Source: Gemmatimonadales bacterium
GTDB taxonomy: Bacteria > Gemmatimonadota > Gemmatimonadetes > Gemmatimonadales > GWC2-71-9
Assembly (NCBI GenBank): GCA_037189525.1
Contig: JBBCJC010000001.1
Location: forward strand, 416,001 to 480,000
DNA: 64,000 nucleotides
Direction of reading: 5' to 3'
Each line of letters opens with the position of its first letter. The stretch's first letter is position 1. The translations under genes and the position numbers were made by a program. The notes under the pieces were generated by a model. That model was given only the letters and a program-made list of their open reading frames with translations, was not told where the DNA came from and made no database searches. This document shows, in pieces, positions 54,106 through 62,733 of the stretch.

Positions 54106-56346
54106 TCAGCTCACCAGGCGCCAGATCTGGGCGACCAGGAAGCAGACGGTAAAACCAAGGGCCAGTGGCAGCAGGGCGGCCAGAGCGGTCCACTGCCAGC
54201 TGCGCGTCTCTTTGTAGATGGTATAGATGGTCGTCGAGCACGGGTTGTGGAGCAGCGAAAACAGCATCACGTTGAGACCGGTCAGCGTAGTCCACCCCGC
54301 CGCCCGCAGCAATTCGCCCACTTCGGCTGGATTCTCCAGCTCGAACATGACGCCGTCGCCGGCGCCGAGCCCGACCATCTTCCCGGTCAGGACGGTGAGC
54401 ATCAGGATGCTCGGGATGACGATCTCGTTGGCCGGAACGGCTACGATGTACGCCAGCAGAATGACACCATTCAGACCGAGCAGAAGCCCGAACGGATCGA
54501 GCCCCGACACCAGGTGCGACGCGATGCTCTCGCCGCCGATCTGCAGATTCGAGATCAGCCAGATCACCGCGCCAGCGGGCGCTGCGAACACGATCGCCCG
54601 CCAGAGCACGATCAGGGTCCGGTCGATCAGCGAGGTGTACAGGGTCTGCATCAGACGCGGCGGACGATACGGCGGCAGTTCGAGGCTGAACGTGGTCGCC
54701 TCGCCCTTGAGCACGGTGCGTGTCAGGAGCCACGACGCCAGGAACATGAAGAAGATGCCCAGGAGCGCGATGCCCACGACCGCCGAGGCCGAGACCAGTC
54801 CCGCCAGGTGAGCAGGCACCAGCGAGCCTAAAAAGATCGAGGCGATCAGGATCTGGGTGGGCCAGCGTCCGTTGCAAAGCGAGAAATTGTTGGTCAGAAT
54901 GGCGACCAGGCGCTCGCGCGGGCTGTCGATGATCCGGGTTGCAACCACGCCGGCCGCGTTACAGCCGAACCCCATGCACATGGTGAGCGCCTGCTTCCCG
55001 TGCGCACCTGCTTTATGGAAGTAGCGATCGAGATTGAAGGCCACCCGGGGCAGGTAACCGAAGTCTTCCAGCAGGGTAAAGAGCGGGAAGAAGATGGCCA
55101 TGGGCGGCAGCATCACGCTCACGACCCACGCCGTCGCGAGATAAACCCCGTCGACCAGAAAACCGGTCAGCCACCACGGGGCGGACATCTGCTCCATCAA
55201 CCCCTTGATCCAGGGGTGCCCGTTGTCGATCAGCAGGGTCGCGAGCGCCCGCGAGGGCACGTTGGCGCCGCTGATGGTCAGCCAGAAGACCAGCATCAGG
55301 ATCGCCAGCATCATCGGGAACCCGAACCAGCGGCTGGTCAGCAGGTAATCGAGAGTCCGATCGACGTTGAACTTGGCCTTCTTGCCGCCGGTCAGCACCG
55401 CCCGTGACGCGATGGCCTCCGCCGCATCGTAGACGCTGGCGGTGACGGCATCATGGAAATCGGGGCTGAGCCGCCAGCGCTCCGTCGCAACCGCGTCGAG
55501 CAACTCCCGCTGCGCTTCCGACAGCTCGGCAGGGACGGCGTCGGGCAACTCCGACGTGGCCCGCCATTCACCGCTCGCGAGCGCGCCGATCTCGCCGGAT
55601 CGCACCGCGTCGAGCACTCGCTGGTCGGCATTGAGGAGACGGAGCGCGACCCATCGCGTGTTCGGCAGCGACGGGAACGCAGCCGAGATGAGAGGCACCA
55701 GCGCACCGATGGCGGCCTCGACTTGCGGCGGATGCTGCTGGATCCGGAACGGCGTGGTGCGCCGAGCTCCGGTGGCCACCTGATGGACCGCCTCGAGCAG
55801 CGCATCGATACCCTCGCCGCGACGCGCCGACGCCGGCACCACCGGCACGCCCAACTCGGCCTCGAGCTTGACCGGATCGACGGCAATCCCGTGCCGCCGG
55901 GCTTCGTCCATCAGGTTGAGACAGACGACCACCCGGTCGGTGATCTCGAGCACCTGCAGCGTCAGATTCAGGTTCCGCTCGAGCCGAGTCGCGTCGAGAA
56001 CGACGATGGTGACATCGGGACGCCCGAAGAGCAGGAAGTCGCGCGCCACCTCTTCGTCGGTGCTGCCGGCCTGGAGGGAATAGGTGCCCGGCAAATCGAT
56101 GATCCGAACCCGCTTGCCGTGGTTGTCGAAGTTCCCTTCGGCGCGGGTGACGGTTTTGCCCGGCCAGTTGCCGGTGTGCTGGCGCAACCCGGTCACCGCA
56201 TTGAACACCGTGCTCTTGCCGGTATTGGGATTGCCCGCCAGCGCGACCAGATAGTCCCACTTCCCGGAGGGTCCGCCCAGCTGAACCAGTTCCCCGCTGC
56301 GGAGCGACGGAGCCAGCCGTTTCTTGAGCGCAGTGAGCGAACTCAT
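54106..56346 (-). CDS. feoB: ferrous iron transporter B
   Basis: GNPNTGKS, GNWPGKTV, DLPGTYSL, NLMDEA, GFGCN, gate-domain TMs, NPC. Confidence 0.95.
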   Translation of the reverse strand: MSSLTALKKRLAPSLRSGELVQLGGPSGKWDYLVALAGNPNTGKSTVFNAVTGLRQHTGNWPGKTVTRAEGNFDNHGKRVRIIDLPGTYSLQAGSTDEEVARDFLLFGRPDVTIVVLDATRLERNLNLTLQVLEITDRVVVCLNLMDEARRHGIAVDPVKLEAELGVPVVPASARRGEGIDALLEAVHQVATGARRTTPFRIQQHPPQVEAAIGALVPLISAAFPSLPNTRWVALRLLNADQRVLDAVRSGEIGALASGEWRATSELPDAVPAELSEAQRELLDAVATERWRLSPDFHDAVTASVYDAAEAIASRAVLTGGKKAKFNVDRTLDYLLTSRWFGFPMMLAILMLVFWLTISGANVPSRALATLLIDNGHPWIKGLMEQMSAPWWLTGFLVDGVYLATAWVVSVMLPPMAIFFPLFTLLEDFGYLPRVAFNLDRYFHKAGAHGKQALTMCMGFGCNAAGVVATRIIDSPRERLVAILTNNFSLCNGRWPTQILIASIFLGSLVPAHLAGLVSASAVVGIALLGIFFMFLASWLLTRTVLKGEATTFSLELPPYRPPRLMQTLYTSLIDRTLIVLWRAIVFAAPAGAVIWLISNLQIGGESIASHLVSGLDPFGLLLGLNGVILLAYIVAVPANEIVIPSILMLTVLTGKMVGLGAGDGVMFELENPAEVGELLRAAGWTTLTGLNVMLFSLLHNPCSTTIYTIYKETRSWQWTALAALLPLALGFTVCFLVAQIWRLVS

Positions 56347-57371
56347 TTGGCAGACTCCGAAGCACGACGGATGAAGACGGCGCGCGCCTGCGCCCGCCGC
56401 AAGGCAATCAGAGCGCCCCGAATTCGATAGGCGGTCGGGTCGCCCGAGGCGCTGCGCAACTCGGCGGTGACGGCCGTTCCCGGAAGCAGGCCCAGATCGA
56501 GCAGGCGCCGCCGCTGGGGACCCTGCACTGCCGCTGCGATCTGAATCACCTCGGCCGCTTCTCCCGGGCGCAGCGTGTCCAAGCGCTCGAAGTGCGACTG
56601 GGCGTCGTCGGCTGCGCGGTGCACCACCGATACCGCGGATGCCATCAGCGGATCGATCTGCCGCGGCTCGCCGGCCACCAGGATCTCGATCCGATTCGGT
56701 TCGCTGCTGACCAGGGTGATCGGCACCGCAACGTCGATACCCAGGGAGTGGAGTTCGCGGTAGACGGAGGCCGGCTCATCCTCGACATGCACCACCGTCC
56801 CGGTCTGGCCGGGCTCGAGCGTCATGAGCGGGATGCCTTCGTTAGGCGGGAGCGTCCCCGACGCGGTCGGAATCGGATCGCCATGGGGATCGTAGACGGG
56901 ATGGCCCATCCGGGCGGCCAGCGCCTCGACGTCATCCTCCGACAACACGTGCTCCGCGGTCTCGGCCAGATCGTGCCAATCGGCCGGCGAAGCGCCGGTC
57001 CGGTCGGCGTAGTAGCGCTCGAGCAACCGATGAGTCCGCAGGATCCGCAGCGCGTAGGCGCGTCCACTCTCCGTCAGGACGATACCGGCGGGTTCGGACC
57101 GCGCCAGATCGAGCGCCGCCAGCCGCGCAATCAAAGTGTGCGCCTTGCCGGTCGAGATCTCCAGCATGCCGGCCAGGCTCGCCACCGACGCCGGACGCTC
57201 GCTCAATTCACAATTGACGAGATGCTTGAGCGCGTCTTCGATCCGAACGCGTTCCGTCGTACGCCGAAAACGGACCCACCACGCCACCAGTCCCCGTCGC
57301 GGCCAGACGAAAACCGCGACCACGACCAGAAGACCGGCAAACCACGCGAGTGCCTCGAGAGGCGAAACCAT
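56343..57371 (-). CDS. membrane-anchored DtxR-like protein with two FeoA domains
   Basis: N-terminal TM, EDALKHL, RTHRLLE, WH..AE..EH, DPHGDPIP, FeoA1, FeoA2 (RRRLLDLGLLPG, GDPTAYRIRGALIALR); alternative TTG start 57383. Confidence 0.85.
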   Translation of the reverse strand: MVSPLEALAWFAGLLVVVAVFVWPRRGLVAWWVRFRRTTERVRIEDALKHLVNCELSERPASVASLAGMLEISTGKAHTLIARLAALDLARSEPAGIVLTESGRAYALRILRTHRLLERYYADRTGASPADWHDLAETAEHVLSEDDVEALAARMGHPVYDPHGDPIPTASGTLPPNEGIPLMTLEPGQTGTVVHVEDEPASVYRELHSLGIDVAVPITLVSSEPNRIEILVAGEPRQIDPLMASAVSVVHRAADDAQSHFERLDTLRPGEAAEVIQIAAAVQGPQRRRLLDLGLLPGTAVTAELRSASGDPTAYRIRGALIALRRAQARAVFIRRASESAK

Positions 57372-57421
57372 GCGACCACTCAACAGAAGGGACCAAATCA
57401 GGACCTGCTACCACCACACAG

Positions 57422-57453
57422 ATTTAGGATAAACTAAATTTGTAATTTGTCAA
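57422..57453 (-). promoter_or_regulatory. sigma70 promoter overlapped by DtxR-type operator
   Basis: TTGACA-16 nt-TATCCT on the minus strand; dyad ATTTAG-N6-CTAAAT (57422-57439), core 11/14 to TTAGGTTAGCCTAA. Confidence 0.75.
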
Positions 57454-57571
57454 CGCGCAACAGTGAGTTTGACCGGACACAATAGCGCACTTCCTCCAGT
57501 CACTCAGGGCGCGCCATCGGCCTGAGCGACGTAGCAAGTCTTTGAATTTCAACGAATTACGAAAACTTAAA

Positions 57572-58135
57572 TCAACGCAGGAGGGAAAGAATCGGGGTCA
57601 GAATCCGTTCGGTCATCCCCCAGACGACCCCCAGATCGAGGTAATAACCCGGGAACAGGTACTTGATGCCGTCGGCCCGATATTCGAACGGCCGGTAGAC
57701 CTCCCCCTTCAGCAAATCATCCAGTGGCACCCACCCCGCTGCCGCCACTTCATTGTTAGGGTGGAGTGCGCCAGGGTGGTCGACCGCAAACAGATAAGGT
57801 GTGACGACGACCGGCGGGAGCGATGTGGAACGGGGCGCCGAATCGTCGAACTGACCCAGGATCCGCGCATGAGTCAGATCGAGGCCCACCTCTTCGCTGG
57901 TTTCCCGCCGGGCCGTCGTGAGCAGATCCGGATCGTCGGCGGCCCACCGCCCGCCCGGGAACGCCATCTGCCCCGACCAGCGGTCGCCGGCGCGCTCGGC
58001 GCGCCGGATCAGCAGGACAGCATCCGGGTCCGGCGCCAGGACGATGGCCACGGCCGCCCGGGCGCGACCCGTAGGGTCTGCCACAACAGGCGTCCGCGCT
58101 TGGAGCGCATGGGCCAACCGTTCGATCCGGCTCAT
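57572..58135 (-). CDS. Nudix hydrolase, CoA pyrophosphatase family
   Basis: WSGQMAFPGG, TARRETSEEVG, VWGMT. Confidence 0.9.
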   Translation of the reverse strand: MSRIERLAHALQARTPVVADPTGRARAAVAIVLAPDPDAVLLIRRAERAGDRWSGQMAFPGGRWAADDPDLLTTARRETSEEVGLDLTHARILGQFDDSAPRSTSLPPVVVTPYLFAVDHPGALHPNNEVAAAGWVPLDDLLKGEVYRPFEYRADGIKYLFPGYYLDLGVVWGMTERILTPILSLLR

Positions 58136-58151
58136 GACAGCGCTCGAAGGA

Positions 58152-58991
58152 TCAGAACACCCGGGACAGGAAGCGTACCGTGCGATCGAAGACCAGTTCG
58201 AGGGCGACCGGAGCCCCCTGATACGGATGCACCACACCAAAGGTGTGGTTCCCGCCGGGGACGGTGTATCGCTCGACCGTCGACCGGGGCTCGGCCGCCC
58301 GGGCGAGGCGGTCCGCTTCTTGGATGGGGACCGTGGTGTCGGAGTCGCCGTGGACCAGGAACCAGGGCACTGTAATCCGAGCCGCCGCCGCTTCGATATC
58401 GAGCGACCCCGCGGCGTTGGCCTCGATATCCTCCAGCGTTTCGAGGAACATCGGCGAGGTAACACCGGTGCGCGTGTTGAGGACATCGATCTGACCGCGT
58501 TCGCGCCACCGCTCCATGTCGGCCGGCGGCCACCGCCTAACGGTCGCAATCGCGGCCCAGGTGATCAGGGCGTTGATCCGCGCCAGCCGGGCCGCCGCCA
58601 GGATCGCCGCGCCGCCACCACGCGAATGGCCGAGCAGGATCACGTGCGACGGCGGCGCCACCGACAGCTCGCCGCGATCCAAGGCGTCCAGAACCCGATC
58701 GAGGTCGTACTGTTCGGCCGAAAAGGAATTGTGACCGAAACGATCCGGCCAGACGAACTCGCCGTTATCATCGTAGCCGGAACCGCTGAGATTGACCGAT
58801 ACTGCGGAAAAACCGGCACGGGCCAAACGTTCGGCCATGAACGGGAATGCGCCCCAGTCCTTGAAGCCTTTGAACCCATGGACGATAATTACAGCAGGAC
58901 TCGGCACCTCGCGTTCGGTCGAGCGCACGTCGATGAGGAGATCGCCCAGGGCACCGGGCACCACGCTTTTGGTCAGAATGGGAGTCGCCAT
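58152..58991 (-). CDS. alpha/beta hydrolase
   Basis: HGFKGFKDWG, GHSRGG, HGDSD, NHTF; start 58991 or 58997. Confidence 0.88.
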   Translation of the reverse strand: MATPILTKSVVPGALGDLLIDVRSTEREVPSPAVIIVHGFKGFKDWGAFPFMAERLARAGFSAVSVNLSGSGYDDNGEFVWPDRFGHNSFSAEQYDLDRVLDALDRGELSVAPPSHVILLGHSRGGGAAILAAARLARINALITWAAIATVRRWPPADMERWRERGQIDVLNTRTGVTSPMFLETLEDIEANAAGSLDIEAAAARITVPWFLVHGDSDTTVPIQEADRLARAAEPRSTVERYTVPGGNHTFGVVHPYQGAPVALELVFDRTVRFLSRVF

Positions 58992-59165
58992 AGACATAAT
59001 GTGCCCGTAGTGGTAATGCACCGCCAGTGATCGTCAGCACGCTGAACGTCACCGTCCTTTGCGGTCCGTTCGGCTTTACGCTTCAAACGGGAGACTCGCC
59101 CACTGCGCGCATCCCATCCTACCCTGGTCGCCGCGAGCCGAGCTATCATCGAGCAGCGCGACACA

Positions 59166-59672
59166 ATGGTTTCGCGGTGGATCGCCTGGCTTGGCGATCG
59201 TGCCGCGCCGACGTCCGCCACCTCGCCCGAAGTCGTCGAGGCGGAATTTGCCCTGATCCTCGATGTCTTCGGCGCCATGGTCGGCCCGCTCCGCCGTGAG
59301 GTCCGGCCGCTCTGGACCCGAGTCGCCGAGCGCTACGGCCGCCATGCCGCCGCCCGCGGTCTTGCCGCCGGCGAAGTCGTCGAAGAAATGCAGTATCTGC
59401 GGGAACTGCTGATCCGCTATCTCGCCCCGGCCATTGCCGCTTTGCGGCCGCGCCAGGGCATGGCGCTCCTGCTCCGGCTCAACCGCCTGGTCGACAAGGG
59501 CGTGGCCATTGCCGTGGTGGGCTACACCGACGCCATGGTGGCCACCCTGCTTCCGGGACCGGACGGCGACGAGGCCGACTCGGTGCCGGACGCCGATCGG
59601 CTCGGCAGCCTGAGCGCCCTGCGCCGAGAACTCGAGGAAATCGTCAAACCCTTTGCCCGCGCCGAAGCATAG
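59166..59672 (+). CDS. helical hypothetical protein (RsbRD_N/globin-like)
   Basis: YGRHAAARG....EVVEE..YLRE, LNR.VD...A...GY pattern; start uncertain. Confidence 0.6.
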   Translation: MVSRWIAWLGDRAAPTSATSPEVVEAEFALILDVFGAMVGPLRREVRPLWTRVAERYGRHAAARGLAAGEVVEEMQYLRELLIRYLAPAIAALRPRQGMALLLRLNRLVDKGVAIAVVGYTDAMVATLLPGPDGDEADSVPDADRLGSLSALRRELEEIVKPFARAEA

Positions 59673-59757
59673 GAACGCTCCGCCTCGCGCTTCTTCGGTT
59701 ATCTCACTCCAACTCACCGGTCCTAGTGTGAAGCCTCCCGCTTCCCACTAGGACCAT

Positions 59758-62733
59758 GTGACGCTCATCGACACGCTGGAATCGATTGCCAGACTGGAAG
59801 ACCTGCCCGGCCTGGCGCTGGAACTGCGATTCGACCCGACCTGGCACGAAATCGAACCGGCCAGCCTGGGAATAGACGACCCGACGATATCCCGGCTCGC
59901 GCTGGTGGGCCGTCAGGGCGGCCTGCAGCTGATGGCTGCGCAATCCGGGCACCCCGAAGCTGCCGCTCACCGCCTGGCCAGGAGCACGGCGCGGCGCGGA
60001 CTCCTGGCGCTGGTGGTCGGGTTCGACCCGTTGCGGCGGCGCCTGGCGTTCGCAGCGAGCGTCGCAGATGCGCCGGTGGCTGTAATGACCACGACGCGGC
60101 TCCGCCCGATCGACGTCCGGATCCTCGAGCGCGGCGCGAGTCACCGCGACGGCCTGGCCCTGACGCGATGCCTCAGTTGGGCCGACGCGCTGGCGGGACG
60201 AACGCTCGACCAGCGCTTCTTCCGGCAATTCCGCGCCACCCTCGCGGCGGCCGTGGCCGAGTTGCCCGGGCGAATTCCGGGACGCGATCGGCACGCGCTG
60301 GCGCTGCTCGACCTGACCCGGGTCCTCTTTCTCTATTTCGTTCAGGAGCGCGGCTGGCTCGACGGCCGACCGCGGTTCCTGGCCGAGGAACTGGACCGGG
60401 TGCTGCAGAGCGGCGGCGGGGTCGCGCGGCGCTTGCTCCGCCCCCTGTTTTTCGGCACCCTCAACCGGCCGATCGATCGCCGCTCCACTACGGCGCGGAA
60501 ATTCGGCCGGATTCCGTTCCTCAACGGCGGGCTCTTCGAACCGCATCCGCTGGAACGGCGCTGGCAGGCGGAGCTTCCGGACAGCTTCTGGATCGATGCC
60601 TTCGAACAGCTCTTCGAACGGTATCACTTCACCATCGGGTCGGAGGTCGGCCCCCGCGCCGCCATCGGTCCCGACATGCTCGGCCGGGTCTTCGAAGGCG
60701 TGATGGATCCGGAAACACGCCGCGCCACGGGAGCGTTCTACACACCGAGCGCGCTGGTCGACCAGCTGGTCCGCGCCTCCCTCGAAGCGTGGCTGGCTGG
60801 TAAGCTCGGCTGCCGGATCGACGAAGCGCGTGCCGAGCTTGCGCAGCTCACCCCGCGAGTTCTCGAGGCAGTCCGGGAGGTGACCGTACTCGACCCGGCC
60901 GCTGGAAGCGGCGCGTTCCTGCTGGGCGCCCTCCGCCTGCTCGTTACCCTCAGAGTCCGCAGCGGGGAGGATGCCGCGGCAGCTACACGAAACGTGATTG
61001 CGACCAATCTCTTCGGCGTCGACATCAGCCCGAACGCGGTGCACCTGGCGGAATTGCGGTTGTGGCTCGAAGTGATTCGATCGGATCGCGACGCGCCTCC
61101 GGACGAGATTGCGCCGCTGCCGAACCTGGACGCTCTGATCCGCCAGGGAGACAGCGTTCTGGAGCGCCACGATCTCCCGGTCGCGCTGCGCGGGGCAGCC
61201 GCGGACCGGCTTCGAGAGCTGCGCACGCGCGTACTGACCGCCACCGGCGAAGCGAAACGCGCCGCCATCCGATCGCTCCGGCGGGCGGAGCACGATGCGA
61301 TGGGACGCGCGCTGGAAGCCGCGATCGAGAACCTGGAGCGGAAAATCAGGGACCTGGTGGCGAGCGGAACCGGACGCTCCCTCTTCGGCGATACGTCGAC
61401 CTTGTCTCGCGCCGGGCGAGGGGAACTCCGCCGCCTCCGCACCGAGCGATCCCGGCTGCGTGCCGCCCGTCGCCGGCTAGTCTCCAACGGCATCCTCCCG
61501 TGGTTCCACTTCGGATCGCAGTTTGCCGACCTGATGGACCGGGGCGGCTTCGACCTGATCGTCGGGAACCCGCCCTGGGTCCGCGCCGAACACCTGTCGC
61601 CGCAGGAACGGGAGAGTCTCAAACGGCGCTACGAGTGGTTCCGGGCGCGACCGTCCCCACGTCGAGGCTTTGCGCCGGTAGCGGACCTGGCGGTGGCCTT
61701 TCTCCAGCGCAGCCTGGAACTGGCCCACCCGTCCGGGGTGGCCGGCCTGCTGCTGCCCGCCAAGCTGCTGACCGCGCAGTACGGCTCCCTGGCACGGGAG
61801 CGTTTGGCCGAGCGCCATACGATCCACCTCGCTGCGGACCTGCCGGATGCGGCGGCCGGATTCGATGCCCTGGTCTACCCGCTCGCGCTGGTGGTCGGTC
61901 GTGCGGAACCGCCGGCCGGGCACCTGACGGCCACGACCTTCAACGGAGGCGGCAAGTTCGTCCCGCAGGACGCGCTCTCGGGCGCTCCCTGGAGCGCGGT
62001 GCGTCCGGGCGACGAAGCCGCGCTGCTCCGGCGGACCGCCGACGGCCCGCGGCTCGGCCGACAGTTCAGGATCGGGCTGGGCGTCAAAACCGGTGCGGAC
62101 TCGGTGTTCCTCGATCCGAAGGACACCTGCGAACCCGAATTACTTCGGCCGGCCCTCCGCGGGCGCGACATTCGACCGTTTCGCACCACGGCCAAGGCTC
62201 GATTGCTCTGGGCCTACGACGCGAGCGGCCGCCCGCTCGATCGCCTCCCCGCCATGGCGCGCAACTGGATCACTCGGCATGCGCGGCTCCTCGAACGCAG
62301 GGCCGATTTCCGGAGCGGCCCGCTCTGGACCGTATTCCGGACGGACGCGGTGGGACCGCTGTTTCGCGTGGTCTGGGCCGACCTGGCCAGGCAGCTATCG
62401 GCCACGGCGTTGCTGACGGATGCCGAGCAACGAATGGTGCCGCTCAACACCTGCTACTGGCTGGCGACACCGAGCGCCGATTCGGCACTCGCGCTCACGG
62501 CATGGCTCAACAGCGAGCCGATCCGGCACCTGGCTCGCCAGCAGGCAACCGTCGCGGCATCGGGGTATTTCCGCTTCAACGCCTCACTGGTCGGCACGCT
62601 TCCACTGCCCTCCGGTGTACTCGACGACGCGGCGCTGATTCAGATCGGCCGCGCCGGACATCAGGGTAAACCGGTCGATGAAGGTGCGCTGGCCGAGCGC
62701 GTTCTCCGTCTGCTGGGCAACGGGTTCGAGTGA
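59758..62733 (+). CDS. large N6-adenine DNA methyltransferase (Eco57I/TaqI-like, type IIG-like architecture)
   Basis: PFLNGGLF, MLGRVFE, GAFYTP, DPAAGSGAFL, GVDI, FDLIVGNPPW, GVKTGAD, WLNS. Confidence 0.9.
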   Translation: MTLIDTLESIARLEDLPGLALELRFDPTWHEIEPASLGIDDPTISRLALVGRQGGLQLMAAQSGHPEAAAHRLARSTARRGLLALVVGFDPLRRRLAFAASVADAPVAVMTTTRLRPIDVRILERGASHRDGLALTRCLSWADALAGRTLDQRFFRQFRATLAAAVAELPGRIPGRDRHALALLDLTRVLFLYFVQERGWLDGRPRFLAEELDRVLQSGGGVARRLLRPLFFGTLNRPIDRRSTTARKFGRIPFLNGGLFEPHPLERRWQAELPDSFWIDAFEQLFERYHFTIGSEVGPRAAIGPDMLGRVFEGVMDPETRRATGAFYTPSALVDQLVRASLEAWLAGKLGCRIDEARAELAQLTPRVLEAVREVTVLDPAAGSGAFLLGALRLLVTLRVRSGEDAAAATRNVIATNLFGVDISPNAVHLAELRLWLEVIRSDRDAPPDEIAPLPNLDALIRQGDSVLERHDLPVALRGAAADRLRELRTRVLTATGEAKRAAIRSLRRAEHDAMGRALEAAIENLERKIRDLVASGTGRSLFGDTSTLSRAGRGELRRLRTERSRLRAARRRLVSNGILPWFHFGSQFADLMDRGGFDLIVGNPPWVRAEHLSPQERESLKRRYEWFRARPSPRRGFAPVADLAVAFLQRSLELAHPSGVAGLLLPAKLLTAQYGSLARERLAERHTIHLAADLPDAAAGFDALVYPLALVVGRAEPPAGHLTATTFNGGGKFVPQDALSGAPWSAVRPGDEAALLRRTADGPRLGRQFRIGLGVKTGADSVFLDPKDTCEPELLRPALRGRDIRPFRTTAKARLLWAYDASGRPLDRLPAMARNWITRHARLLERRADFRSGPLWTVFRTDAVGPLFRVVWADLARQLSATALLTDAEQRMVPLNTCYWLATPSADSALALTAWLNSEPIRHLARQQATVAASGYFRFNASLVGTLPLPSGVLDDAALIQIGRAGHQGKPVDEGALAERVLRLLGNGFE

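Noticed and set aside
7085..58549. N-terminal extensions in the ORF track (SDR, dipeptidase, mlaE, mutY, patatin, nadE, permease, TlpA, Nudix)
   Set aside because: The extensions run into neighbouring genes. Downstream starts fit motifs, stop-start overlaps, SD or -10 positions better, so these are not fusions.
243..61293. Many long alternative-frame or antisense ORFs (e.g. 243-1265, 3537-5483, 9160-10797, 25013-26776, 40580-42289, 59704-61293)
   Set aside because: They overlap well-supported genes, lack family motifs, and are expected shadows in high-GC DNA.
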